A stretch of DNA of 64,000 nt from Squalus acanthias (GCA_030390025.1 CM059425.1:178562001-178626000); one strand, 5' to 3'. Numbered from the stretch's first letter, positions 1 through 12,990 are shown. Made by a program: numbers and translations. The notes: generated from the sequence alone by a model not told the origin.

Positions 1-309
1 AAAAAAAATTACAAAAGAAGACTCATGCCTGTTTATATTGTACAAAATAGTTCTGTTTGTCTTCACTACTTGTAATATGGAAGTCACCCTGTTTACATTG
101 TGCGGTAGATTCAAAAGTACTGGTAGAACCACAAAAACAAGGGCGTTTGCATGTGCAGAGTTGTTGCAAAGGCATAATCATGACATTCATTTTTGATCAA
201 GCATCTTTCCCAAAGTCACAGATAAGGTTCACATGTGAAAACCTAGGCTCAATCCTTCTGCTAGCAGGAACAGCAAATTGTGTAGATGGGAGCAGGAAGT
301 TAAAGGGAC

Positions 310-1126
310 ACTGAGAGATTAAGTGAGTGGGAAAACTGTGGCAAATGGAGTTCAATGTGGAGAAGCGTGCGGTCATCCACTTTGAATCCAAGAAAGAGAA
401 ATCGGAATATTTTCTTAATGGCCAGAGATGAGAAATTGTGGAGGAGCAAAGGGGATTTGGGTGTCCAGGTACACAAATCACTAGAAGCTACTGCACAGGT
501 ACAAAAAGTAATCAAAAAGGCTAATGGAATGTTGGCCTTTATCTCAAGGGGGCTGAAATACAAAGCGGGGGAAATGATGCTTCAGTTGTACAGAGTCTTG
601 GTCAGACCCCATCTGGAGTATTCCATTCAGTTCTGGGCACCAAACCTCAGGAAGGATATATTGGCCTTGGAAAGGGTACAGTGCAGATTCACCAGAAAGG
701 GTTAAATTATGAGGACATAAACGTGGCTTGTATTTTTTTGAAGTTAGAAGGTTGAGGGGGTGATCCAATCATGGTGTTTAAAATGTTAGAAGGATTTGAT
801 AGAGCAAATGCATAGAAGCTGTTTCCTCTGGTGGGGGAATCCAGAACAAGGGGCCACGATTAAAATTAGAGCTAGGCCATTGAGAAGCAAAATCAGTAAG
901 CACGTTTTCACACAAAGTGTAGTGGTAATGTGGAGCACTTGCCCCCAAAAGGCTGTGGATGCTGGGTCAATTGAAATTTTCCAAGACTGAGATCGATAGA
1001 TAGCTGTTAGGTAAAAGTACCATGGATATGGAACAATGGAGTTGAGGTATAGATCAGCCATGATCTAATTGAATGGTGGAGCAGGCTCAAGGGGCTGAAT
1101 GGACTGCTCCTGTTCCTATGTTCCTA
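310..1126 (+). mobile_element. CR1 LINE 3' fragment (decayed ORF2 C-terminus + 3' UTR)
   Basis: Translates to KKANGMLAFISRG...LYRVLVRPHLEY.IQFWAP, typical of the CR1 ORF2 C-terminus; 3' UTR GATCAGCCATGATC...CTCCTGTTCCTATGTTCCTA. Confidence 0.9.
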
Positions 1127-1899
1127 GCAGTATCCAGTGCCATTTATGTTTGCCATTAGGAATGTTGTGCTTCTGGCAGCATGAGGAAGAAACACCTCTT
1201 GAAGTGGTCACTCTGTGTTGCCAGTGTTGCCAGAAACTGGTTCTGCCTCATTTATATTACAGTATTACCGCTGAAGTCACTGGCAGTGTTATAATGTAAA
1301 TTAATGATCAGACTTTCAAATGCTACTCAACATGGGACTGAGCAACAGATTCCCTGCAAAACATTTTGAAATGTTAAAACCAGTATTTCTCTTTCATCCT
1401 GAATGCACATTACTCTCTGATCTAGATTGATGTTTCTCTCTGACAAATACAAATCACAACATTTTACAACAGCTGCTTTTAAGGCTGCTGAAATCTAGGA
1501 AAAACCCATTTAATTGTATGAGCAGGTCTGTGATAAAAAATAATTCTGTATGTTCTTAGTACTTCAACCCTTTGAGGGTTGCACCAAAATCCAGTCTTTC
1601 ACAACAGGATATTTTGTGGGACTCCGCACATGTGGCTCAGTTGTTAAATTCTTGGATCTGAAATTTCAGTTCTCATGGTCTGCTGCCAGAATTGTTGTGG
1701 GGCAAGGACTTATACCTGCTCAATGGGCCCGACACTAACCCTGGCCGTGGTCAATTACAGGGTCAGCCTATTACAATATTGATGTCTGGGACAAAAGCAC
1801 GAGTCCCACCAGCAATTGGTGCACTGCGCCTGGGATGTTTGGAAAATATGTGAAGAGGGGGGTTACAAGAAGTCCTTGTGAGGGCACAGCTGCAGCAGT

Positions 1900-2500
1900 T
1901 AAAGGTAGACTGCTCTTAAAGCAGAACTAATGTGCAGGAAAACAAAAACATGGCTCTAACAGGAGCAAGGAGAGAATGATAGAAAGAGTATTCTTACAAG
2001 GGTTGGGGGAATGCAACAGTGGAAATAAATGCAACAGTGGGAATGAGTGGCAAGAGACTTGCCAGTTCCATGTGGAAGGAAGTGGTATAAGTAGTGAGTG
2101 GCAACATCCTAGTCCCTACGATGAAGTTTATTGAATCCACAAGGTCAGTAAAGAAAGTGTAATGGTTGCAAGCTGTTATTAATGCATATTTAGGATGTTT
2201 CAGACAGTAGACCTATATTTATCCTGAAAGTGCATTCACTAATCTAAAGGTATCACCCTGTGCACTAAACAATCTGTAGTGACACCTGCTCATGGAATAT
2301 TTCAATTAAATGGATACAGCATCCTGCAATGCATGCTTGCCTATTGAAACCTGTGGGAGTTCTGTAAGAGAAGTGATGAAAATTCTCAGATAGCTGTCAA
2401 AATCAACAGTCTGTGACTGACAGTAACAAGCATTCTTATTTCATGCAGGAAAAGATTGCATACAATTTCCAAGACGGACAGGCTACAGGAAAAAGATTAT
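1900..2500 (+). pseudogene. Possible old Harbinger-type Myb/SANT gene remnant
   Basis: 2124-2153 reads KFIESTRSVK (compare KRFNDLSR in the younger copies). After a ttatttcatgcag acceptor, 2449 onward reads EKIAYNFQDGQATG, resembling the EKxAHN...TGGG segment of these proteins. Heavily decayed. Confidence 0.35.
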
Positions 2501-3409
2501 GTACGCGATGGAGACTTGGGATGGTTTGTGTTGACTGACCAATAATGGTCAAAGATCAGAAATGGTTTCTCTTTTTTTTTAGGCTCATACTTTGAGGAGA
2601 TCCTTGAGCCGAACAGGAAGGAAAGTATGGATACCAGGAAACTCCTAGCATTTCTCATTCCTCTTTTCTCCACAGAAGATGGAAGCAAGAAGATGCTGCA
2701 GAGAGAGAGAGAGAGAGAGAGATGGAACCAATGCCAGAACCTTCAACCTCTGGTAGTGCCTGTAGAACTTGTTCCACTCTGTAATGACCCCAGTTGATCG
2801 CAGGGGTACTGCCATGAAGACAAATGCTTGAATCAGAACTATATCAAGGCACTGCAAATACTCTCCGAAGATGTGTGGCAGATGACAGGGAGGAAGGCAG
2901 CGTCCAATTCCATCCTTTGAGGCGCTATCAGAGTGGGCTCCTCTCAATTTTTGACTTCAATGGAAAGGAAAATTGGGAGAGCTGTTTAAAAGGTGGCCGA
3001 GATAGTAATGTGCGTTTTACTCTATCACCAAATGTCAAAATTACACCCTCAATGTCAAGGCTAATACAAGAGTAATGGCAAGGTACCAGAGGATCACCAC
3101 CATCCATGCAATTATACCCCAGTAAGACAATCAACATCTTCAAGAGAGAAGCAAAGGGATTGGAAGATTTTTTTTTAAAAAGTTTGATTTTACTGCTGTT
3201 GATATTAAGCTAAGTTACAAAATGCTATCCAAGTGGAAGTTCTAACCAGGTACTTGATCAGTAAATGCACGTTCACAGGCATGAAGAAGGCAAAGGTCAA
3301 ATACATTAAAATCTTCTCATGTGAAGTAAAACAAGAATAGCTTCTACTGCAGATTGCAGGAACAAAAGTGAACTTACAATTTCCTTTGGAATCAGCACCT
3401 CTGATAGTT

Positions 3410-3785
3410 CAATTGATAAGTGCATTGCTCATTGTGGAACTGAATCAGACCAGGAAAATCCCATGTCTGATGCCTGGTCTCAGTTCGCTGAACTCAGTTG
3501 GTGTGGTGACTGAGGTGCTATGGTTGACCTTACTACCTCATACCTAGGATGGAGAAAAATCATCCAGAATTCCTATATCTGATCACTAATCAGTGACCCT
3601 GACTGATAGCATGTTTGTGTACATGTCAAGTGTGCACAAGATTAGGCTCGGGTATGATATTCCAATCCCTGCCATGATCAACTAGCTTGCCAGCATTTGC
3701 AGTCTAGGCTGACACATACAATCATACCCCAGCAAGGGATACTCTCAGGAAAGGTTGAAAGACAATTGATGGGATTTAAAAAAAT
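3410..3785 (+). mobile_element. Old tRNA-derived SINE, family B (unnamed)
   Basis: Shares blocks (GGAAAxTCCC..., GATCACTAxxCAGTGACCC, GTCTAGGCT) with more than ten other copies in the window. Confidence 0.65.
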
Positions 3786-4373
3786 GCTAAAATAATTTTA
3801 AAATACATTCATTGGCAGATTAAATTGAAATAATAAACACAAAAATAGCAAATCCTGTATCTTCTTTAAATGAAACATTCCGTTAACAACTCTAAACACC
3901 ATCCGTCACCTTTTTTAACAAAAAACATACAATTGTACTTTTAGGAACCTTTTCACGTCAGATTAAGTAGAAGTATTAACAAGTAATTATGGGCAGAAAT
4001 AGACTAGGAATTATTGTTGGAATAATGGCCTTTTGTTCACTGCTGCATAAGACTGCAGGGCACCATGACCCCGTGAAAATGATAAAACATTTGGTTAATA
4101 GTTAACAGTTTTCCATTAAGTCTGCAGGTGACACTTCTCATCACTTCCAGGAGAGACTCTGATAAAGTTAAAAATGACCAGTCAAACTGGAAGATAGCCC
4201 CAAAAGAGCCATACTGATACATCATTCCTGTCAAAGAGGATAAACTTCCCACTGCTCATTTGAATTTGCTGTGATTCCCATGGTTGAGCTGGATGTTATT
4301 GACAAAGCTTGAGATGGAGAAATCTCTACATCTGAACCAATGTTCTTCAAAGACCACTGTGTCAGCCATTAAA

Positions 4374-4843
4374 AGCTGTGGCTCAGTGGGTAGCACTCTT
4401 GTATCTGAGTCAGAAGGTTGTGGGTTCAAGTCCCACTCCAGGAACATGAGCACAAAAATCTAGGCTGACACTCCAGTGCAGTGCTAAGGGAGTGGTGCAC
4501 TGTTGGAAGTGCCGTCTTTCGGATGAGACGTTAAACTGAGGCCCTGTCTTCTCTCTCAGGTGGATGCAAAAGATCCCATATCACTATTTCAAAGAAGAGC
4601 AGGGGAGTCATCCCTGGTGTCCTGGCCAATATTTATCCCTCAATCAACATAACAAAAAAAAAACCAGATTATCTGGTAATTATCACATTGCTGTTTGTGG
4701 GAGCTTGCTGTGTGCAAATTGGCTGCCGCATTTCCTGCATTACAACAGTGACTACACTCCAAAAAGTACTTCATTGGCTGTGAAGCACTTTGAGACGTTC
4801 GGTGGTCGTGAAAGGGGCTATATAAATACATGTCTTTCTTTCT
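4374..4843 (+). mobile_element. Full-length Deu-domain SINE (SacSINE1/AmnSINE1-like)
   Basis: Pol III A box TGGCTCAGTGGG and B box GGTTCAAGTCC; Deu core GCCGTCTTTCGGATGAGACGTTAAAC...AAAGATCCCA...GAAGAGCAGGGGAG; tail GAAAGG.GCTATATAAAT...TCTTTCTTTC. Confidence 0.88.
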
Positions 4844-5419
4844 TAAAATGTGACATCACCAGCCCACACTGCACTATCTCCAATTTCCAATTTCTGGTTG
4901 TAATGACGATAATGATTTATCTTTTGAAGTTTTAGACCACCAAAGGATCCACCCACAAACGTCTCTAAATTAAAATGGGAAATTGCATTTATTTGGGCTA
5001 TCAAGCGTATGGCATTCTCTTTATTCCGTGGTCTTGGTTTTGGTGTGTCTTTCAGGTTGGGGACTTGTTTAACAGACTGTGTTTAAAGTATGAAGTCAAA
5101 CTGGCCTGGCTGTATCATTGTTTCATGGGAGGCTAGAAGCATGGAAGCCAGCTTGGTTTTATTATCATTTTACACTTGTGGCTGTGTTTGATTAGGTGTT
5201 GGTTCACTGTGTGATACCATCATGTAGTGAAATAACATGGCTAATTCTGAAAATAACAATAATTACAGAATAAATTGTATTTCTCTCAGATCCAAATTGA
5301 ACATCATAAACATCCTTAAAAAAGAATGATTTTTACTTTTTTTTTAATTCTCAACATGCTTTGTAAGATAAACCTTCTAAATCTCTAGTCCTCCATAGCT
5401 ATATGCATCACATGCTCTA

Positions 5420-5735
5420 GCAGGCAGGGCTCAGGTCCATAGTCTTTACTGAGTTAGTTGGTCTTAGCTAAGGCTGTAATGGGGGATACTTAAAATGGAG
5501 CAAAGCAACTCTATTTCTGTAATGGTCCCTTCCAGAAATCTATGTGTGGATGTCAAATGAGGACATGATTGGGCTTGGTTGTGATGCCTCCCCCTCCCCA
5601 GTCAAATAGCCGGCCTACACTAACTGCCTGGACTTCCACATTGAAGAATCATTATTTGGCTAAATGACCAAGAACTGCCAGTGCTTGTGGAACACTATCC
5701 CTCGGTAAGGAGAGAAAATTGAAAAAGAAACAAAA
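5420..5735 (+). mobile_element. SINE family B, decayed
   Basis: TGTGGATGTC...GAGGACA...TGTGATGCC...GTCAAATAGCC blocks shared with other copies. Confidence 0.6.
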
Positions 5736-7489
5736 CGCTTTCAAATCCTGAGTCCTTTTGAAATTGTGTTTATTACAAATTTGCAGTGGTTGTTATTTGC
5801 CCTTGCATTCCTATCTGTTCTATTGCTAGATAGATTTTGTTGTGTTATTGAGCAGACTAAAGGCAACTTTACTCTGCATCTGACTACGCTATAACTGATC
5901 TGAACGTGCTTGATGGTGACACTGTGTGACAGCACTGACATCCCTCACCTGGAAAGCAGTAACACTATCTGATATTCAACAATTGCTAATACAATATACA
6001 TTCGGATAATGTGATGATTTAGTACTCTCAGTGCAGAGCTTCACGCAATGGGGGTATATAATAAGAATTTGAGCTTTGAGGTCAGCGCACCTGATTTGCA
6101 GCCACATGATTTTCAGTCCATTAATGAACAAAAAGTCATGCAGGCTGCCCTTTTGGTGCACTGAACCTTTGCTGCTGAAGCTCTGTGCTGGATCAGTAAA
6201 TCTTAGAATTTACCCTATCACAGATAGCTCTGACAGACACAGAGAAACCATGTATAGAATCTCTTCATAAGGCGCCTGAATCCTGCTTCCCTTTGTGCTA
6301 CTTGTATGGATCCCAAAGTCAGCAATAATATTTATAATTTATGAAAATTTAGGTCCAATTACTGAATATTGGAATACAAGTGTATCAGACAAAAGCCAAA
6401 CTGGGGAATGTTGTGACTGGTCATTACTTAAATACACAAGACTTTAATAAAATATAAGTTTGAAAAAAAGAACACGGAGCTTTACACATATTGGGAAATT
6501 AAAAGAGGTCCTTGTTTTCTCCTTCAAAGGTTTATAGTGAAGGATTAAGTGGGACAGAAACTTATCAAACTCTTCTCCCATAATCCCTCAAGCTGTCAAC
6601 CCAAAGATATCATGGGCAAACAGAAATAATGATAGTGGCTCATTCTCAGGGTCTTCCAGGGTGGGCCTCAAATATCTCACTTAGATTTCTGTGACACAAA
6701 TAAATACTGTTTGCATTGTTTGCAAAAATCACACAGTGATTTATTTTCTCACATAAAACTGTGGTCTATTCAGATATTTAATAGGCAGCCAGGCCCACTT
6801 AAAACAACATCAATACTGGCTTCTCAGTACCTCCATGCTTGCTACCCCCAGTGATTTCTTCACCGTTTCCCTGTAATAACATGGAAGGATTACTGGTGTG
6901 CCCGGTTGTATGTGGGAAGATTAGGTGTAGTTCTTTTTAGTTGAGGAACTGTAATAATTAGAGCACCAGAAAAGAAGAGAGTGCGAGCAAGCATCCTAAA
7001 ACAGCCCTCATCTGCGCTTATTTAAAAGACCCGTTCATGTGGAAAGGAAATTACAGTTTGCCACACAAGTGAAATAATCTCCTTGATTGTCCTTTTCCTG
7101 TAACCACATGAAATGCTGAAACACAACCCCACAGGAACTAAATGTAGTTTATAAACCTCATGACTACACTGCCTTCTCTCCAAATACCGCCCCCCGCTCC
7201 CCCCCCCGCCCCCCACCCACCCACCCACTCACACGTATTCCTTCTTTTTTTCAGTACCTTGGTACTAGGGAGAAGTGCAATATTTACAGAACTAATCTCA
7301 ATTTGCCTGAATTGGTTGGAGTATGATCTTTCTCGAAGAATCCAAATACAGTATGACCAGATTTGGGCAAGTTTAGATTTGGATACATTTCAGACAACCT
7401 TTATGTTTAAACAAAATGGTGGAGGTGAAAAGGAAAGTTTTGAATTGTGCTGATAGTAGAGCTTTGGGAAAAAACATAGCTGCTGCTTT

Positions 7490-8345
7490 TCATTTCCCCC
7501 CATTTTCTCCATTCCTCTCCTAAAGCTGGTGACTCATGCTGGAGTTCACAGGTGCGAGTCTTCCCCCAGTACCTCACCCAAACGGCCATTCTTCATGTGT
7601 GGGTATTGGCAGTCGAGCTTATCCCCATTTATATCCACAGATTTGCAAACTTTTCACAGGGTTCCTAGATAGCAATCAGGACCAGGAACCCGGGCTGATT
7701 TTTAGCCCGTGAATATTGGAGTCAATTGTAGCACCACACTACTGTTGCCCTGGCTAAGATCAGCTAACTGATCAGGAGTCAAACTTGGTGCTTTCCTGCT
7801 TTGTATGGCTCAGAAGCACACCAGGCAGTCCATTTAACAACTGAGATGACATGGACTACTTTTTCTTTCCAATTTTCTCCCCTCCTCTCAAGAAACCATT
7901 GATTCCTTGCTGTTATACAGTTACAAGGTGATGCTTGTCTTCTGGTATGTCCCCCAAGTGGCATTGATATTGAGTGCCAGCAGGCTACCTAACTGAGACA
8001 TGTATCAGAGCTGAGGCTGATCCTGTCACCGCCCAATAGCCACATACACAAACACACAGCAGTAGTTGCTGGTTTCCAATTTTCCCTTCTCTAACCTGGG
8101 AATCATTCCCAAGCCTGATGCTGTCCTCACCCCATGTCCACATCCATGCACTTTCCAGCAGGAATCACTGTGGAGCAATTAGGACCATTATTCCTGATTG
8201 CTTTATTTCCCCCTTTTGCTAGGCCAGGAAAGTGAGGTCAATTGTAACATCCCGACGGCCACTCTGGCTGAACAGAGACTGCTGGTCAAATTTGGGACTT
8301 TGCAGCTCTGTATGTTCAGTGTTTATACACTCAATCATTGGGGGG
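7490..8345 (-). mobile_element. Two or three adjacent SINE family B copies
   Basis: Reverse-complement blocks CTTTCCAGCAGG, GAGG.CAATTGTA, GATCAGCTAACT repeated across the interval. Confidence 0.6.
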
Positions 8346-8774
8346 AAGTATCATTCATTTTGAATAAACACATTAGAGGCGTTCCTCTTTATAATCCTCA
8401 GATAGCTTGTCACAGAATCACTGGTGCAAATAATATTCAGATTCTTCTTTTATATAGTAAGGTAAGGGTTAAACATTGATTAATTCTAAAATATTATCTT
8501 TCCCTTCATTCCAGATAAGTATTAAGGTCAAACCTTTATGGCCATTCAGGGATTCATATTGTCACCAATGTTAGAGATAAGAAAAATAAACAATGGCAAT
8601 CATAAAACTTCACTAATTGTTAGTTGCAGATTCTTCAGGATAACTGTGCAAAAATATTAGTTAAAATGAAGCCCACCATTATTATTCAGTGGGAACAGGA
8701 ATTAAAGTTAATCTTTGACTTAAATATAATGGTAATATTTGGAGTTTCTTTTTTTCAGTGATTCTTTAAACCTA

Positions 8775-9980
8775 CTGCATCATGTGGACAGGGGAATGTC
8801 TATGTTATTTATATGGACTTCTCGAAGGCATTTGATAAAGTCCCACTTAAGAGACTGTTAACTAATGTAGAAGCCCACGGAATTGAGGGCAAATTATTGA
8901 CCTGATTAGGAAATTGGCTGAGCGGCAGGAGACAGGCAGTAGGGATAATGGGTAGATACTCAAATTGGCAGGATGTGACTAGTGGTGTCCCGCAGGGATC
9001 TGTATTGGGTCCTCAACTATTCACAGTATTTATTAACGACTTAGATGGTGGCATAGAAAGTCATATATCCTAATTTGCCGATGACACAAAGATAGGTGGC
9101 ATTGTAGGCAGTGTAGATGAAAGCATAAAATTACAAAGGTATATCAACAGATTAAGTGAATGGGCAAAACTGTGGCAAATGGATTTCAATGTAAGCAAAT
9201 GTGAGGTCATCCACTTTGGACCTAAAAAGGATAGAACAGAGTACATTCTAAATGGTGAAAGGCTAAAAAACAGTGGAGGTCCAAAGAGACTTGGGGGTCC
9301 AGGTACATAGATCATTAAAATGTCATGAACAGGTACAGAATATAATAAAAAGGCTAATAGAATGCTGGCCTTTATATCGAGAGGACTAGAATACAAAGGG
9401 GTAGAAGTTATGCTGCAGCTAACCAAAACCCTGGTTAGACCACACCTGGAGTACTGTGAACAGTTCTGGGCACCACACCTTAGGAAGGATATATTGGCCT
9501 TGGAGGGAGTGCAGCATAGGTTTACCAGAATGATACCCGGACTTCAAGGGTTAAGTTACAAGGAGAGATTACACAAATTAGGGTTGTATTCCCTAGAATT
9601 TAGAAGGTTAAGGGGTGATCTGATCAAAATTTTCAAGATATTAAGGAGAACAGATAGAGAGAAACTATTTCCGCTGGCTGGGGATTCTAGGACTAGGGGG
9701 CATAGTCTAAAAATTAGAGCCAGACCTATCAGGAGTGAAATTATGAAACTATTCTACACACAAAGGGTAATAGAAGTTTGGAACTCTCTTCCGCAAACGG
9801 CAATTGATGCTAGATCAATTGTTAATTTTAAATCTGAGATTGATAGATTTTTGTTAAATAAAGATATTAAGGGATATGGATCAAAGGTGGGTATATGAAG
9901 TTAGGTCGCAGATCAGCCATGATCTCATTGAATGGCGGAACAGGCTCGAGGGGCTCAATGGCCTTCTCCTGTTCCTATGT
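8775..9980 (+). mobile_element. CR1 LINE 3' fragment (RT C-half with stops + 3' UTR)
   Basis: [29 protein letters not shown] motifs; 178-aa ORF 9362-9898; CR1 3' UTR. Confidence 0.93.
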
Positions 9981-9981
9981 G

Positions 9982-10300
9982 CCAGCCTTGGCTCAGTGGT
10001 AGCACTCTCGCCTCTGAGTCAGCAGGATGTGGGTTCAAGCCCCACACCAGAGACTTAAGCGCATAAGCTAGGCTGGCACTTCAATGCAGTACTGAGGGAG
10101 TGCTGCACTCCTGTAGGTGCTGTATTTCAGATGAGATGTTAAACTGAGGCCCTGTCTATCCTCTCAGGTGCATGTAAAAGATCCCATGGCATTATTTGAA
10201 GAAGAGCAGGGGGGTTCTCCGGGGATCCTGACCAACATTTATCCTTCAACCAGCACTTAATAAAAACAGATGATCTGGTCATTTATTTCATGGCTGTGTT
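9982..10300 (+). mobile_element. Deu-domain SINE, 3'-truncated
   Basis: A box TGGCTCAGTGG, B box GGTTCAAGCCC and Deu core matching 4374-4843. Confidence 0.85.
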
Positions 10301-10472
10301 TATTTGCACCACACGTGGGTTGGACCAGATTTCTGATTGGTCCCCTTGGAGGACAAGACACACCCAACAGTTTACGATAGCAAAATACTGCGGATGCTGG
10401 AAATCAGAAATAACAACAGAAAACGCTGGAAAAACTCAGCAGGCCAGGCAACATCCGTGGAGAGAGAAAGAG

Positions 10473-10508
10473 AGTTAACGTTTCAGGTCGAAACCCTTCG
10501 TCGGAACT
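10473..10508 (-). ncRNA. Minimal type I hammerhead ribozyme motif (core variant CCGACGA)
   Basis: Minus strand AGTT-CCGACGA-A-GGGT(TTCG)ACCT-GAAA-CGTT-AACT: stem I AGTT/AACT, stem II, palindromic AACGTT stem III. Confidence 0.7.
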
Positions 10509-10779
10509 GAGAGAGCAAGAAATAAACAGATAAAAATGCAAGGGGGAGGCTGGGGGGAGGAATAAAAGAACAAAAGGGATGGTCTTTAGTGAGTAGAGAC
10601 ATTGAGAGATGCTCAAGGCAAGACGAGATGGTAATGGGACAGGTTGAGAAACAAAAGGTAAGGTGTGAAATGCTGGCAGAATCAGAGACAGCTGCCGTAG
10701 GGGGAGAGAGAGAAAAAAAGGAAAAAGGCACGGACCAAAAGAGTGGATAAAATGTATACATATGTGGTAGGGGCCGGGG

Positions 10780-12990
10780 TTATGATCTGAAATTGTTGAA
10801 CTCGATAATGAGTCCGGAAGGCTGTAAGGTGCCTAAACGGAAGATGAGGTGCTGTTCCTGGAGCTTACGCTGCGCTTCCGTGGAACAATGCAAGAGGCCG
10901 AGGACGGTGAGGTCTGAGTGAGCGTGGAGGGGTGAATTAAAATGACAAGCGACCGGAAGCTCGGGGTCACCCTTCCGGACTGAACGGAGGTGTTCCGCAA
11001 AGCGGTCACCCAATCTGCGTTTGGTCTCCCCAATGTAGAGGAGACCACATCGTGAGCAGCGAATACAGTATACTAGATTGCAAGAAGTACAAGTAAATCG
11101 CTGTTTCACCTGGAAGGGGTGTTTGGGGCCCTGGAGAGTGGGAAGGGGGGATGTATAAGGGCAGGTGTTGCATCTCCTGCGCTTGCACGGGAAGGTGCCG
11201 GGCGAGGGGGAAGGGGTGCTGGGGGTGATAGAGGAGTGGACTAGGGTGTCTCGGAGGGAGCGGTCCCTACGGAATGCTGAAAGGGGAGGTGAGGGGAAGA
11301 TACGTTTGGTGGTGGGATCACGTTGGAGGTGGCGGAAATGGCGGAGGATGATCCGTTGAATGTGGAGGCTGGTGGGGTGAAAGGTGAGGACAAGGGGAAC
11401 TCTATCGTGGTTCCGGGAGGGAGGGGCCGGGGTGAGGGCAGAAGTGCGGGAGATGGAACGGACACGGTCGAGGGCCGTGTTGACCACGGTAGAGGGGAAT
11501 CCTCGGTTGAGGAAAAAGGAAGACATGTCGGAAGCACTGGTATGGAAGGTGGCATCGTCGGAGCAGATGCGGCGGAGATGGAGAAACTGGGAGAAGGGAA
11601 TAGAGTCCTTACAGGAGGCGGGGTGGGAGGAAGTGTAGTCCAGGTAGCTGTGGGAGTCAGTGGGCTTGTAGTGAATGTTGGTCAATAACCTATCCCTAGA
11701 GATGGAGACGGAGAAGTCGAGGAAGGGGAGGGAAGAGTCGGAGATGGACCATGTGAAGGTGAGGGAAGGGTGGAAATTGGAGGCAAAGTGAATGAAATTG
11801 TCTAGTTCAGGGCGAGAGCAGGAAACGGCACCGATACAGTCGTCAATGTACTGGAAAAAGAGGTGAGGGAGGGGACCCGAGTAGGACTGGAACAAAGAGT
11901 GTTCCACATATCCCACGAAAAGGCAGGCATAGCTAGGACCCATGCGGGTATCCATAGCAACACCTTTGATTTGGAGGAAATGAGTGGAGTCAAAGGAGAA
12001 GTTGTTCAATGTGAGAACAAGTTCAGCCAGGCGGAGGAGGGTGGCGGTGGATGGGGACTGGTTGGGCCTCTGTTCAAGGAAGAAGCGGAGCGCCCTCAGG
12101 CCATCCTGGTGGGGGATGGAGGTGTAGAGGGATTGTACGTCCATGGTGAAAAGGAGGCGGTTGGGGCCAGGAAACTGGAAACTGTTAAAGTGGCGGAGGG
12201 CGTCAGAGGAATCGCGGATGTAGGTGGGAAGGGACTGGACAAGGGGAGAAAAAATAGAATCGAGATAGGAAGAGATAAGTTCCGTGGGGCAAGAGCAGGC
12301 TGAAACGATGGGTCTACCAGGGCAGTCCTGTTTGTGGATCTTGGGAAGGAGGTAGAAGCGGGCTGTGCGGGGTTGGGGAACTATGAGGTTGGCGGCCGCG
12401 GGGGGAAGATCTCCAGAGGAGATGAGGTCAGTGACAGTCTTGGACACAGTGGCTTGATGTTCTGTAGTGGGGTCATGGTCCAGGTGGAGGTAGGAGGAGG
12501 TGTCGGAGAGTTGGCGTTCAACTTCCGCTAGGTAGAGGTCGGTTCGCCAAACAACAACAGCACCACCCTTGTCAGCAGGTTTAATGACAATGTCGGGGTT
12601 GGATCTGAGAGAATGGAGTCCTGCAAGTTCAGAGGGAGGTAGGTTGGAGTGAGAGAGGGGAGCAGAGAAATTGAGCTGGCCGATGTCACGGCGGCAGTTA
12701 GCAATGAAAAGATCTAGAGAGGGTAAGAGGCCAGAGGGAGGGGTCCAGGTGGAACGAGAATTCTGAAAGCGGGAGAAAGGGTCAGCCGTGCGGGGGGAAG
12801 ACTCCTGGCCAGAGAAGTGGGCACGGAGACGGAGGCGGTGGAAAAAGAGCTCAGCATCGTGCCGAGCTCGAAATTCATTGAGATGGGGGCGTAAGGGGAT
12901 GAAGCTCAGGCCTTTGCTGAGGACTGATCGTTCGGAGTCAGAGAGGGGAAGGTCAGAGGGGATAGTGAAAACGCGGCAGGGGGTGAGATT
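10780..12990 (-). CDS. Penelope-like reverse transcriptase / GIY-YIG endonuclease (partial, no start codon)
   Basis: Frame stays stop-free upstream of the 555-aa track ORF to the junction (read by hand: SVLSKGLSFIP, IVIKPADKGGAVVVW). Motifs FYLLPKIHK, GRPIVS, TMDVQSLYTSIP, YIDD, CKRRRCNTC, VYCIRCSRCGLLYIGET. Confidence 0.9.
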   Translation of the reverse strand, partial: NLTPCRVFTIPSDLPLSDSERSVLSKGLSFIPLRPHLNEFRARHDAELFFHRLRLRAHFSGQESSPRTADPFSRFQNSRSTWTPPSGLLPSLDLFIANCRRDIGQLNFSAPLSHSNLPPSELAGLHSLRSNPDIVIKPADKGGAVVVWRTDLYLAEVERQLSDTSSYLHLDHDPTTEHQATVSKTVTDLISSGDLPPAAANLIVPQPRTARFYLLPKIHKQDCPGRPIVSACSCPTELISSYLDSIFSPLVQSLPTYIRDSSDALRHFNSFQFPGPNRLLFTMDVQSLYTSIPHQDGLRALRFFLEQRPNQSPSTATLLRLAELVLTLNNFSFDSTHFLQIKGVAMDTRMGPSYACLFVGYVEHSLFQSYSGPLPHLFFQYIDDCIGAVSCSRPELDNFIHFASNFHPSLTFTWSISDSSLPFLDFSVSISRDRLLTNIHYKPTDSHSYLDYTSSHPASCKDSIPFSQFLHLRRICSDDATFHTSASDMSSFFLNRGFPSTVVNTALDRVRSISRTSALTPAPPSRNHDRVPLVLTFHPTSLHIQRIILRHFRHLQRDPTTKRIFPSPPLSAFRRDRSLRDTLVHSSITPSTPSPSPGTFPCKRRRCNTCPYTSPLPTLQGPKHPFQVKQRFTCTSCNLVYCIRCSRCGLLYIGETKRRLGDRFAEHLRSVRKGDPELPVACHFNSPLHAHSDLTVLGLLHCSTEAQRKLQEQHLIFRLGTLQPSGLIIEFNNFRS

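Larger units (their letters stand above)
10374..12990 (-). mobile_element. Penelope-like retroelement, 5'-truncated, with 3' pLTR
   Basis: RT + GIY-YIG ORF; flanked by 7-bp direct repeat ACAGTTT (10367-10373 and 12991-12997); pLTR-like end at about 10374-10560. Confidence 0.93.

Noticed and set aside
2700..2721. Short microsatellites (GA here and near 58565; TA near 55430)
   Set aside because: Ordinary simple repeats.
4374..4445. tRNA gene
   Set aside because: A and B boxes run directly into the Deu SINE body; it is a SINE head.
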